DNA from: Bacillus subtilis subsp. subtilis str. 168
GTDB lineage: Bacteria > Bacillota > Bacilli > Bacillales > Bacillaceae
Reading direction: 5' to 3'
DNA: 32,000 bases
Assembly (NCBI RefSeq): GCF_000009045.1
Contig: NC_000964.3
Location: 2,400,001-2,432,000, forward strand
Shown here: positions 17,984 to 28,388 of the stretch, piece by piece
How positions within the stretch are numbered: position 1 is the stretch's first letter
Layout of the letters: every line of letters begins with the position of its first letter
Made by a program: the position numbers and the translations under genes
Notes under the pieces: model-generated
What the model saw: only the letters and a program-made list of their open reading frames with translations
The model's database searches: none
Told to the model about the DNA's origin: nothing

Positions 17984-19159
17984 CTATGCATAAGAATGAA
18001 GTCCGGCAAGCACAAGATTTACGAATATTAAATTAAACATAATAATAGCAAAACCGATTACGGCCAGCCATGCTGACTTCTCACCGTGCCAGCCTCTTGA
18101 CAGTCTTAAATGCAAGTAAGCGGCATAGAACAAAAATGTGATCAGCGCCCATACTTCCTTAGGGTCCCAGCCCCAAAATCTGGTCCACGCGAGCTGAGCC
18201 CAAATCATTGCAAAGATCAGCGCGCCGAGTGTAAAGATCGGAAATCCGATTGATACGGCCCTGTACCCAACCTCATCCACCAGATCAAGATTGACGTTTT
18301 TCACCAGCGGATGTAATAGAGCGCTGATTCTTTTTCTGATGATCAGACGGAGAGCCCCATACAACACAAGACCTGCTCCAAATGACCAAATGACAGTGTT
18401 CACTTTTCTGCCTGAGAAAAGCGCGGGAAGATCAACAAGCGGTTCCATTCTTCCTTCGGTCAAAAGCTCTCCCTGATGCGGACCGACAAGCGCGGGCATT
18501 TCGTACACCATCACGCTTTTTTCTTTACTTTTGTCCACCCAGTTAAACTCCGCTTCATAGCCTGCAAGACGAAATGCCGATGTGATTGCAATAAAGGCGA
18601 CGGTTGTGACCAGGATAAACATAATCGCTTCAAGCCAGAAGGTCTTTTTGCTTGGCTTTGTCTGGTCTACATGCTTCAAAAGAAAGATGACACCAGCGAC
18701 AAAGCTGATGGCAAGTATAGCTTGCCCAAGCGCGGCCGTTGTTACGTGAATATACAGCCAGTTACTTTGGAGCGAAGGAATTAAAGGCGAGATATCTGTC
18801 GGAAACATGCTGGCGTAGGCAATCAGCAATAAAGCAATTGACAGCGTAAACAGGCCTAATGAAGGCAATCTATAGAGAAAATAAAGAATGATAAACGCCA
18901 AAACAAGCATCATGCCAAAAGCGGTGGTGAATTCAAACATATTGCTGACAGGCGCATGGCCGCTTGCAGCCCACCTTGTGATGAAATATCCTAGGTGGCA
19001 GAAAAAACCGACAATAGAAAGGGTGATTCCAATGTTGGCCCATCGGTTTGGCCTGCCCTTTTTATCTTTATTCCCGCGTATGGCCCCGCCGAAGATTGGG
19101 ACAGCGATTAAATACACAAGAAAGGCCGCATAAAGAAAATTTCCGCTCAGCTCTGCCAT
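17984..19159 (-). CDS. resC: Cytochrome c biogenesis protein ResC (CcsA family)
   Basis: Multi-TM with [24 protein letters not shown], the WWD/tryptophan-rich CcsA signature. Confidence 0.94.
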
Positions 19160-19178
19160 GACATCACTCCCTTTTCGC

Positions 19179-20807
19179 CTATTTCTGTGTTTTGATTAAT
19201 TCTTTTTGGTCCACCGGTTCAGTCAGTCCGGAATCAGCCAATATAAATGCTAAATCCTTCTTCAGGCCAAACCAGTTTTTATTGGTATGCCCTGCTACCA
19301 TAACTGCACCGTCCTGTGAGTGCAGCCAAATTCTTCGATGCTGCCAGTACATACCTTGAATGACACCGATCATAAAAATGGCTCCGCCGACAGCAAGCAC
19401 CCAGAGTGTCAGATCCTTTCTGACTGTAAGTCCAGTAATGTTTTTCGTTTCGACATGGTCAAATTTCAGCTTGTATTTATTATTGCCTGATCCTTCGATG
19501 GTTTCTTGGATGGCGACAAAGCTCTTTTCGCCTTTCGGTTTGTCCGGCGTTATGATATTAAAGACAAAAGCCGGATTGTTAGGGATCTTTGTTTTTGTGC
19601 TCGGCTCTCCGTCCTGATTAAAATAGAAGTCAGGCAGGTAGCTGGCGATTTCCACCTTGTAACCGTTACCAAGATCATAGACTGAATCTGGATCCAGAAG
19701 GTTGATCTTCAGGCTCCCAAAGGATTTTTTTGTTTTTTTATCAATCAGCTGGAACACCATTTGGTCAAGCTGATTCTCTTTGTAATCCACCTGGTAAACG
19801 GAAAAAGAATCAAAACGCAGCGGCTGATTGACACGGATGTCTTCTTCTGTTACTTTTTCCAGCTTCGGCTTCTCGCCATAAACAATTTTTCCTTCTCTCT
19901 TGTAGAGTACGGCATCAGTTTGAAAGTTCTTTGCCACTCTACCGTCCCCGACTCTGTCAATGGCATCTGCAAATACCTTTTTTTCCGTTTTGCTGTTATA
20001 GGTCTCTACGCTGAATTGATTGTTTTTCAAATAATATTTTCCGTCTGTACCCGGAATTGCTGCGGTTTCGCCTTCTCTGACCCAAAGCGTCTCATCGACG
20101 TACATGCCAGGCACAAATCTCAGCATCGCACCAATCAGAAAGATGATCAATCCAATGTGGTTGACATACGGGCCCCAGCGGGAAAAGCGTCCTTTTTCAG
20201 CAAGAATGCTGCCCTCTTTTTCTCTGATTCTATAATGTTTTTTCTTTAATAGAGTAACTATCTTTTCTTTCGATTCCCCGTTCAGTACAGTAACTGTTTC
20301 ACTGAACAAGCGCTGCCTTCTTAAAAAGGCCGGGCTCCTTCTGACACCTTGGTTTTTTAACGCTCTATACAACGGAATGACCCGATCAAGGCTGCAAATC
20401 ACGAGTGAAATGCCGATCGAGGCAATGAGCAGCAAATACCACCAAGAACCATATAAATGATGAAACCCGAGCAAATAATAAAGCTGGCCAAACGTGCCGT
20501 ACTGCTCCTTGTAATAAGTATCAGCCTGTGCGCCCGGAGGCAGATAGGCTTCCTGGGGAAAAATGGTGCCGAACGCTGATGCGGCAAGGGTTATGACGAT
20601 AAGCCATATTCCCACCTTAACCGAGGAAAAGAAATTCCAAATTTTGTCGATGATCGTTTTGTTATAGGTTTGCGAACGTCTTGCGCTTCCGTCATATCTC
20701 ATATCAGCGAGCGGAGGTTGAGTTTCCTGAAGAGCTCTTCCGCACGATTCGCATAAAACGGTTCCGACCGGGTTTATATGTCCGCATTCACATTTGACTT
20801 GCTTCAT
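19179..20807 (-). CDS. resB: Cytochrome c biogenesis protein ResB (Ccs1 family)
   Basis: 542 aa, four TMs with large extracytoplasmic domain, N-terminal CxxC...CxxC motif ([17 protein letters not shown]). Confidence 0.93.
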
Positions 20808-21343
20808 CCCGAAGTCTCTCCGGGTTTTATGAGATTCATATAATCGTGTATCATGCTTTCTGTCATAGTGCCGGTCACCACCTTGACAACTTTTCCTTCC
20901 GGATTGATCAAAAAGGTTGTCGGAAGCGGAGATACGTCATAGGCATCAAGCACTTGGCGATCTGTATCCAGAACAACCGGGAAATTGACTCCGTAGGATT
21001 TCATAAAATTATGTACTGCTATCTTTGACTCCCCAACATTTACAGCGACAATTTCAACACCTTGGCTTTTAAAATGCTTATATTGGTTTGCCATATAAGG
21101 AAACTCTTTTTTGCACGGTTCACACCATGTACCCCAGAAATTCAAAAAAACACCTTTCCCTTTTAAGTCACTGAGCTCGATACGTTTCCCATTCGTATCC
21201 TCTAGGACAAAATTCGGTGCGTCGGACCCTTCGGATATACTCTCTTTGCCGGCAAATACAGCGTTGTAAATGGTATAGCCGAGTGCGCAGATTAAAACGA
21301 GAAGGATGCCGGTCCGAATGAATAAACGCCTTTTTTTCTTCAT
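20804..21343 (-). CDS. resA: Membrane-tethered thiol-disulfide oxidoreductase ResA
   Basis: Thioredoxin fold with [18 protein letters not shown] and cis-Pro loop ([10 protein letters not shown]). Start at 21343 ([17 protein letters not shown]) rather than 21382. Confidence 0.95.
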   Translation of the reverse strand: MKKKRRLFIRTGILLVLICALGYTIYNAVFAGKESISEGSDAPNFVLEDTNGKRIELSDLKGKGVFLNFWGTWCEPCKKEFPYMANQYKHFKSQGVEIVAVNVGESKIAVHNFMKSYGVNFPVVLDTDRQVLDAYDVSPLPTTFLINPEGKVVKVVTGTMTESMIHDYMNLIKPGETSG

Positions 21344-21381
21344 TGTCCACTGCCCCCTTCCCCCTATTGCAGATCCATTCA

Positions 21382-21410
21382 ATTATATCATTGCACGTTC
21401 ATTTCACATT
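21382..21410 (-). promoter_or_regulatory. Candidate resA promoter: extended -10 TGATATAAT, weak -35 (AATGTG)
   Basis: TATAAT (plus 21382-21387) with TG one base upstream. The weak -35 is compatible with activator (ResD) dependence. Confidence 0.6.
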
Positions 21411-21437
21411 TCTTACTTTTTGAAGGTTATGTGAAAT

Positions 21438-22172
21438 TTAGAAAGCGTTTTTACCGTGATCCGCCAGTGCTCTGAGCCTTTTTACTTCGTGAGGCGTAAG
21501 CTCTCTGGCATCGCCCGTGTGCAGGCCTCGCAGGTTTAAAAACGCGTATTCCTCACGCTTCAGCTTGATTACCTCATGTCCGATCGCTTCAAACATGCGG
21601 CGCACTTGTCTGTTGCGTCCCTCATGGATCGTCAGCTGAATAATGCTTGTCTGCTTTTTCTTATCCAAAGACAGCAGCTTCGCTTTAGCAGGCGCTGTTT
21701 TGCCTTCCTCCAGCCTAATTCCGCGCTCCAGCTTTCTGAGCAGCTCTTTAGGCGGGATTCCTTTCACCTTCGCCACGTATGTTTTGTCTATTTCATACTT
21801 AGGATGCATTAGCTTATTGGCGAATTCGCCGTCATTGGTTAAAAGCAAAAGACCGCTCGTATCATAGTCCAGACGCCCAATCGGATAAATGCGCTGCGGA
21901 ATATTTTTAAAAAAGTCCGTCACCACTTTGCGTCCTTTATCATCTTGCGCTGCGGAAATAACGCCTCTTGGTTTATATAAGAGAAAGTAAACCGGCTCTT
22001 CGCGTTCAACCTTTAACCCGTTTACCTCAATCTGATCAGAACCGGTGACCTTAACACCTAGCTCTGTTACTACTTTGCCATTCACCTTTACTTTTCCTTC
22101 TTTAATCAGCTCTTCTGCCTTTCTGCGCGACGCAACTCCGGCATGAGCAATCACTTTTTGCAGTCTTTCCAT
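21438..22172 (-). CDS. rluB: rRNA pseudouridine synthase RluB (YpuL; RsuA/RluB family)
   Basis: S4 domain (MERLQKVIAHAGVASRRKAEELI) and PIGRLDYDTSGLLLLTNDG catalytic motif. Start corrected from 22220 to 22172 (GAGGTG RBS). Confidence 0.94.
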   Translation of the reverse strand: MERLQKVIAHAGVASRRKAEELIKEGKVKVNGKVVTELGVKVTGSDQIEVNGLKVEREEPVYFLLYKPRGVISAAQDDKGRKVVTDFFKNIPQRIYPIGRLDYDTSGLLLLTNDGEFANKLMHPKYEIDKTYVAKVKGIPPKELLRKLERGIRLEEGKTAPAKAKLLSLDKKKQTSIIQLTIHEGRNRQVRRMFEAIGHEVIKLKREEYAFLNLRGLHTGDARELTPHEVKRLRALADHGKNAF

Positions 22173-22246
22173 GTCTTTCACCTCAAGTATTATCTTACTT
22201 TTTTCAACCTTAACAAACAAGCTTTTTCAAATTCCTATGCCAAATC

Positions 22247-22272
22247 TAAAAAAAACGCCGTTTTCAGGCGCT
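22247..22272 (-). terminator. Terminator of spmA-spmB transcript
   Basis: Minus strand GCGCC-TGAAAA-CGGCG followed by TTTTTTTT, at the 3' end of spmB. Confidence 0.6.
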
Positions 22273-22800
22273 CCCAAATAATAACGTAACGATGATGATA
22301 GATGCAACTACGCCGATTAAATCTGCAAGAAGTCCCACCTTTAATGCATCACCCATTTTTTTAATGCCGACTGCTCCGAAATACACAGTCAGTACGTAAA
22401 GCGTTGTATCTGTAGATCCCTGCATGACGGAAGCCAGCCTGCCGATAAAGGAATCGGGCCCGTATACTGCAATTAAATCGGTCGTCATTCCAAGTGCGGC
22501 CGTACCGGAGATCGGGCGGATCAGAGCAAGCGGCACTACTTCAGCAGGGATGCCGATAGCGGAGAAAGCCGGTTTTAAAAGATCCATTATAAAATCAAGC
22601 GCGCCTGATGATCTGAAAACAGTTATAGCGACAAGCATTCCGACTAAATAGGGGATAATGGAAAAGGCAATTTCTATCCCCTCTTTCCCGCCTTCGACAA
22701 ACGATTCATATGTCGGAACCTTTTTGATCGTTCCATAAAGAAGAATTCCGGCAATAATGATTGGAATCATGGCTAAAGACAGCCAGTTGATGATTTCCAT
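22264..22800 (-). CDS. spmB: Spore maturation protein SpmB
   Basis: Nucleoside-recognition/spore-maturation membrane domain (LIRPISGTAALGMTTDLI...GPDSFIGRLASVMQGSTDTTLYVLTVYFG). Start corrected from 22860. Confidence 0.93.
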   Translation of the reverse strand: MEIINWLSLAMIPIIIAGILLYGTIKKVPTYESFVEGGKEGIEIAFSIIPYLVGMLVAITVFRSSGALDFIMDLLKPAFSAIGIPAEVVPLALIRPISGTAALGMTTDLIAVYGPDSFIGRLASVMQGSTDTTLYVLTVYFGAVGIKKMGDALKVGLLADLIGVVASIIIVTLLFGSA

Positions 22801-22804
22801 CCGC

Positions 22805-23395
22805 TCACCTTCCCTTCTTTTTGCGGCGGTAATAAAAATACCGATCAATGATAATGGCACCGATTCCGGAAATAAGCGTTGCCAAAATGCTTGGCCCGAC
22901 GATATCTGTCGGCGTTTTGGAGGAATAAGCCATTCGGACAGCGATCACCGTTGTCGGGATGAGTGTGATGCAGGACGTATTAACAGCTAAAAAAGTAATC
23001 ATCGACCGGCTTGCTTCCGATCGGTTTCCGTTCAGCTTTTTCATTTGTTCCATTGCTTTAATGCCAAGCGGAGTTGCTGCATTTCCGAGGCCGAAGAAAT
23101 TCGCCATAAGATTAGATAAAATATAGCCCATCGCCGGGTGATCCGGCGGTATATCAGGGAACAGTTTAGATATAAAAGGTCTGCACATCCGGCTGAAAAT
23201 ATCCAAAAGCCCTGACTGCTCGGCGATTTTCATTAAGCCAAGCCAGAAAACAAGCACGCTCATCAATCCAAATGAGATCGTAATCGCTTCTTTCGCACCC
23301 TTAAACACGGCTTCATTTACATCTTGCAGAGTTCCGTTGCACATCGCAAAAACGAGTCCGATCACGGTTAAACTGACCCAAATTATATTGACCAT
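22805..23395 (-). CDS. spmA: Spore maturation protein SpmA
   Basis: Same domain family; [24 protein letters not shown]; overlaps dacB by 13 bp. Confidence 0.93.
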
Positions 23396-24531
23396 TTTGC
23401 TCCGCCTGCCGCATTCAGAAAGATTGATTTAAACGTTTCAAAAAATTGTTTCTTCGGTTTTTGATGCCGCTCATTTTCATAATAGATCGGCACTTTTGCG
23501 ATGGTTGCATCGTTGAACATGATCTCCATGTGCCCTACGATGTCAGGGATTTTCGAGGCATCTTTTTCCCATGCTTTTTTCGGCTTGAGCAGTGTGGTAT
23601 TAATTTTTACATTTTCTTTTTCCTCTTCGGTCAGCAAATAGGTGATATCACGTTTGATAAAAGCCTTCGATTCATAAAATGTGCCTTTCAGCTTTGGAAT
23701 ATCCCCTTTTTTTGCAATTAAATAGGTTTGATAATGCTCAAACACATAGTTAAACATCTTCATATGGTCATCCCAATCATTAGGGTCATTAATGGTGACG
23801 GCTATCAGGTCAATGCCGTCCTTTGAAGCCGTAGAGACCAGTGTCCGTTTTGCAAGTTTTGTATAGCCTGTTTTTCCTCCTGTGCTGTACGGATAAAGCA
23901 TGGTCAGCAGTTTGTTTTTGTTTTTCCATACGCTTTCCATCGTTTCCGCTTTGTATATTTTTGTGCCTGAAATCTTTTGATAGTCTTTCAGCTTCATAGC
24001 ATACTTAGTTAAAATGGCCATGTCATAGGCTGTTGAATAATGATTTTCATGGTCGTCCAATCCGTGCGGGTTTTGAAAACGGGTGTTTTTCATACCAAGC
24101 TGCTCGGCTTTTTGATTCATCATATAAACAAACCCATCGAGGCTCCCACCGACATGCTCAGCAATCGCGACAGCGGCATCGTTTCCTGATCTTAGCATCA
24201 GGCCATACACAAGATCTTTCAGCTTCACTTTTTGACCTTCTGTTAAATAAATGGCGGAGCCTTCTGTTCTGACAGCATTTGCCGAAACCGTCACTGTTTG
24301 ATCCATTTTGCCGGATTCGATGGCGAGGACGGCGGTCATAATTTTTGTGATGCTCGCGATCCGCCTTTTTTGATGCTCATCCTTGGCATATAACACTCTG
24401 CCTGACGCACCGTCAATAATGATCGCGCTTTTTGCACTGACATCTATAGCAGCATGTGCTGTATTCACATTTACGGTTGCAATAAGAAAAGAAATCATGA
24501 TCACGAATACTGCTTTTTTGAAAATGCGCAT
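23383..24531 (-). CDS. dacB: Sporulation-specific D-alanyl-D-alanine carboxypeptidase PBP5* (DacB)
   Basis: Signal peptide, SxxK (SITK), SGN, KTG ([10 protein letters not shown]) active-site motifs; operon with spmAB. Confidence 0.95.
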
Positions 24532-24562
24532 GTTTGCTCACGTCCTTGTGGTGGTTTGTACA

Positions 24563-24590
24563 AGTTTATGCGCATGTCCATCAGTTATGA
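24563..24590 (-). promoter_or_regulatory. Candidate SigE-type promoter of dacB-spmA-spmB
   Basis: Minus strand TCATAA ... CATAAACT, partial match to the SigE ATA / CATACANT consensus. Confidence 0.4.
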
Positions 24591-24619
24591 ATAACAATTA
24601 TATTTCTGGAAGCAAACAT

Positions 24620-24648
24620 AAAAAAACTCTCCCTGAAAAAGGGAGAGT
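24620..24648 (-). terminator. Terminator of ypuI
   Basis: Minus strand ACTCTCCC-TTTTTCA-GGGAGAGT followed by TTTTTT. Confidence 0.85.
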
Positions 24649-24653
24649 AAACG

Positions 24654-25193
24654 TTATCTGATTGGCGCCATGCTTGATCCGGACGCTTCGTAATGAGCCA
24701 GCTCTTCCCTCATCTTCAGAAAGGCCGCGCTCAACGGCAATAATAATTGCTCAAGCGACGCAGGAACAGCATGATAAAACTCAATTGCGCTGACCCCGGT
24801 ATAAGACGCCCGGCTATTTTCACACCACGTGTCTTTTTTCGGCATAAAGAACTCTTCAATGCATTGGTGATACACATTATAAAGTGTTTTTTCCGCTCTG
24901 GCTTCCTGAAAAGGCTCCTGCATCAGGAGACGACGGCACGCTTCTGCGCCTCCTTCACAAAATACTGCCATTCTTCTCAGAGTGCTAAGCACATCACAGC
25001 AGTATCCTTTTTCAATAGGCAATTCAGCCTGTAAGGACTCAAGCGTCGTTTGATTTAGGTAATCGTTCACGGTATTGACAACCATTGATAAGAATTCGCC
25101 TGTTTTTTGAGTCTGCGCTCGCACAATCGAATGTCCCATTTCGTTTGGTATCTTCCCCTCATGTATTTGTCTCTCACATTTTGCTTCTTTCAT
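24654..25193 (-). CDS. ypuI: Conserved hypothetical protein YpuI
   Basis: 179-aa ORF, syntenic position between scpB and dacB. Confidence 0.85.
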   Translation of the reverse strand: MKEAKCERQIHEGKIPNEMGHSIVRAQTQKTGEFLSMVVNTVNDYLNQTTLESLQAELPIEKGYCCDVLSTLRRMAVFCEGGAEACRRLLMQEPFQEARAEKTLYNVYHQCIEEFFMPKKDTWCENSRASYTGVSAIEFYHAVPASLEQLLLPLSAAFLKMREELAHYEASGSSMAPIR

Positions 25194-25247
25194 GATAGCT
25201 TCTTCCTTATATCTTATGATGATGAAAAAGCGCGATTCATTAAACTT

Positions 25248-25841
25248 CTATTTTATATCTTCGAAGGTTTGGTTAAAGTTTTCAAAAAATAAATCTGCTT
25301 CTTCTTGAAGAACGTCTTCTTCCGCATTTTCAGGCAGCGGCGGAAGCTCGTCCAGCGTTTTCAGACCGAATTGTTCAAGAAAAGTCGGCGTAGTACCGTA
25401 TAAAATGGCCCGCCCCGGACCATCGGCACGCCCTACTTCACACAATAGCGCCTTCGCGACAAGACTGTGTAAAATCCGCTCTGATTTTACTCCTCTGATT
25501 TCTTCAATTTCTGCTCTCGTAATTGGCTGTTTGTATGAAACAATGGCCAGTACTTCTAAAGATGCTTGAGAAAGGCCCTTTGACGGCACTTCAATCAGTT
25601 TTTTCAAGTAAGGCGCAAAGTCTTTTTTGGTAGAGAGCATGTACGTATCTGCATACTCAATAAGTTCAATCCCTCGTGTATCTCCGCGGTATTCGTCCGC
25701 CACATCCGCCATGATCGTGTTCAGTTCAGGCTCTTCGATTTCAAGCACTGTTAACAGCTGCTTTTTTGTAAGCCCTTCATCGCCTGCCGCATAAAGAAGG
25801 GCTTCCACAATAGCTTTCCAATTCACGATATCAAGCCCCAT
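25248..25841 (-). CDS. scpB: Segregation and condensation protein ScpB
   Basis: [22 protein letters not shown] and [27 protein letters not shown] winged-helix motifs; 197 aa. Start corrected from 25895. Confidence 0.95.
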   Translation of the reverse strand: MGLDIVNWKAIVEALLYAAGDEGLTKKQLLTVLEIEEPELNTIMADVADEYRGDTRGIELIEYADTYMLSTKKDFAPYLKKLIEVPSKGLSQASLEVLAIVSYKQPITRAEIEEIRGVKSERILHSLVAKALLCEVGRADGPGRAILYGTTPTFLEQFGLKTLDELPPLPENAEEDVLQEEADLFFENFNQTFEDIK

Positions 25842-26586
25842 GAATGGATTCACTCCCCGTAATGTAAATATCTGAAAAATTGTGCTCCTGTTCAATGAGG
25901 ACCAGCTGATTTTTCATCAGCTCAAGAACAGCTAGAAAGGTCACTACTAAATGTTCTTTTTGCTCATATGGAAACAGATCCATAAAGTTAATTCTCGTTC
26001 CTCTAGATTTCAAGCTGTGCACGATTTCGTTCATTCTGGCTTCGATTGGTATGTCCTGTCTTGTAATTGTTGTTTCCATCGGCCTGTTTATTTTTTTGCG
26101 TTTCAGCACTTTTTGAAAAGCTCCGATCATATCATAGACCGTGACAGAGAGCTTTTGCTCAGACTGTTTTACTTCTTTTGCATATTCACTCAAATCACTC
26201 GGCGGTTTCGTGAACGATTTTTGTCTTTCTTCTTCCCGTTCTTTTAAATCCTTCGCCGCATCTTTATATTTTCGGTACTCAATCAGCTTTTCAATCAGTT
26301 CCTCCCGCGGATCTTCTTCTTCAAGTAATTCATCTTCAAAAAGCTCCTCCTCTTGCTTCGGGAGCAGCATTCTGCTTTTAATGCTGAGCAGCGTGGCAGC
26401 CATAACCAAATACTCGCTGGCAATGTCGAGCTCAAGCACGCGCATCGTATGTACATATAATAAATATTGTTCAGTGATCTTCGCCACAGGTATATCATAT
26501 ATGTCAATTTCAAGACGATTGATTAAATGAAGCAGCAGGTCCAATGGGCCCTCAAACGTATCAATTTTCACTTGATATTCTTCCAT
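25831..26586 (-). CDS. scpA: Segregation and condensation protein ScpA (kleisin)
   Basis: [34 protein letters not shown]; 251 aa. Start corrected from 26616; 11-bp overlap with scpB. Confidence 0.95.
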   Translation of the reverse strand: MEEYQVKIDTFEGPLDLLLHLINRLEIDIYDIPVAKITEQYLLYVHTMRVLELDIASEYLVMAATLLSIKSRMLLPKQEEELFEDELLEEEDPREELIEKLIEYRKYKDAAKDLKEREEERQKSFTKPPSDLSEYAKEVKQSEQKLSVTVYDMIGAFQKVLKRKKINRPMETTITRQDIPIEARMNEIVHSLKSRGTRINFMDLFPYEQKEHLVVTFLAVLELMKNQLVLIEQEHNFSDIYITGSESIHGA

Positions 26587-26640
26587 CATCTCACCATTTT
26601 CAAGTATCACTCTCATTGCCGGAAAAACTGGCTACCCTAT

Positions 26641-26670
26641 AGTATAAGCCACCAAAAAGCTCTCGTCCAA
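26641..26670 (-). promoter_or_regulatory. SigA-type promoter of scpA-scpB
   Basis: Minus strand TTGGAC (plus 26665-26670), 18-nt spacer, TATACT (plus 26641-26646). Confidence 0.6.
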
Positions 26671-26831
26671 TACTATTTCATATCCTGTTTTGAAGGAGTT
26701 TGTACAGAATATTCAAAACACAAGAGGTGTTTGCTCGGAGCGCAGAAGCGGGAGAAAAAGCCTTTGCTTCTGGTTTTCCTTTCTAAGAAGCACTAGAGGC
26801 CGGGCGTTCTTTTTTCCTTTTATCCCTTCTA

Positions 26832-26840
26832 TGGTACACT
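26832..26840 (+). promoter_or_regulatory. Candidate extended -10 promoter of ypuF
   Basis: TGGTACACT (TGnTAnnnT) 26 nt upstream of the ypuF start. Confidence 0.5.
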
Positions 26841-26866
26841 AAAAGCACATTAAAGGAGGAAGCACC

Positions 26867-27391
26867 TTGTATCCGAAAGCTTATATAGATTATCTCGTTG
26901 AGTTTCATGCGACACGGGATTATTTTGAATGCCATGAAATATTAGAAGAATATTGGAAGGAAGATCCGCCAAAGAAACGAAAACGCTATTGGGTGGGCTT
27001 TATTCAGCTTGCAGTGGCTTTATATCATCACAGAAGGCAGAATACAGCCGGGGCAAAAAGACTGATGGCGAACAGCATCCGGATTCTTCAAGCAGAACAC
27101 CGGGCAGTCGAAGACTTAGGGCTTGATCATGGCCGTTTGCTCGAACTTATGCAATCGGTTTACGAACAAATCGAAACCGTCTCTGCCTATAAAAGCATTA
27201 TACTGCCAATCAAAGATGAGAAACTGGAGGAAGCATGCAGGATCGAATGCAGGAAAAAAAAGTATACATGGGGGCAGCCCAGTGCACTCAGCAACATATT
27301 TCTTATCGACAAACACCGTTTGCGGGATCGGACTGACGTCATCCGTGAACGTGAAAAAGAAATAGAACGCAGAAAAAAAAGCAGAGACTGA
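26867..27391 (+). CDS. ypuF: DUF309-type protein YpuF
   Basis: HATRDYFECHEILEEYWKE signature; TTG start preceded by AAAGGAGGAAG. Confidence 0.9.
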   Translation: MYPKAYIDYLVEFHATRDYFECHEILEEYWKEDPPKKRKRYWVGFIQLAVALYHHRRQNTAGAKRLMANSIRILQAEHRAVEDLGLDHGRLLELMQSVYEQIETVSAYKSIILPIKDEKLEEACRIECRKKKYTWGQPSALSNIFLIDKHRLRDRTDVIREREKEIERRKKSRD

Positions 27392-27404
27392 TCACAGCCT
27401 CTGC
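27373..27404 (-). terminator. Terminator of ribT / end of the rib operon, overlapping the ypuF 3' coding end
   Basis: Minus strand GCAGAG-GCTGTGATCAGT-CTCTGC followed by TTTTTTTT. Confidence 0.75.
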
Positions 27405-27812
<408 letters not shown>

Positions 27813-27891
27813 CTATTAACGGATACGAATAGGTGATCCGTTTTCTCACATTATATCATTTTCGCCATATTTTTAAACTGTTTTCAGCAAA

Positions 27892-28356
27892 TTATTCAAA
27901 TGAGCGGTTTAAATTTGCCATTTCAATGGCAGAAACAGCACAATCTACACCTTTGTTGCCCGCTTTTGTGCCGGCACGCTCGATAGCCTGTTCGATGTTT
28001 TCAGTTGTTACAATTCCAAAGATGACAGGTACACCAGTAGTGTTTGCTGCTTGCGCGATGCCTTTTGCAGCTTCATTGCAGACATAATCGTAATGTGTCG
28101 TTGCGCCTCTGATGACAGTGCCCAATGTGATAATAGCATCATATTTTTTTGTTTCCGCCATTTTTTTCGCAGCAAACGGTATTTCAAATGCGCCTGGAAC
28201 CCAAGCCACATCAATGTCATTTGTGTCTACGCCATGTCTGAGCAGCGCATCTTCTGCTCCGCTCAGCAGCTTGCTCGTAATAAAATCATTAAATCTTCCT
28301 ACTACGATTCCGATTTTAAGACCTGTACCAACTAAATTTCCTTGTATGATATTCAT
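27892..28356 (-). CDS. ribH: 6,7-dimethyl-8-ribityllumazine synthase
   Basis: 154 aa; [30 protein letters not shown] motifs. Confidence 0.97.
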   Translation of the reverse strand: MNIIQGNLVGTGLKIGIVVGRFNDFITSKLLSGAEDALLRHGVDTNDIDVAWVPGAFEIPFAAKKMAETKKYDAIITLGTVIRGATTHYDYVCNEAAKGIAQAANTTGVPVIFGIVTTENIEQAIERAGTKAGNKGVDCAVSAIEMANLNRSFE

Positions 28357-28388
28357 ATGATTCCCATCCTTTTTTGTGATATTTGTGA

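Noticed and set aside
19761-20249. 162-aa plus-strand ORF
   Set aside because: Antisense to resB with no supporting start signals.
26527-26796. 89-aa plus-strand ORF between scpA and ypuF
   Set aside because: Begins inside scpA on the opposite strand, lacks an RBS, crosses the scpA promoter, and has no recognisable domain.
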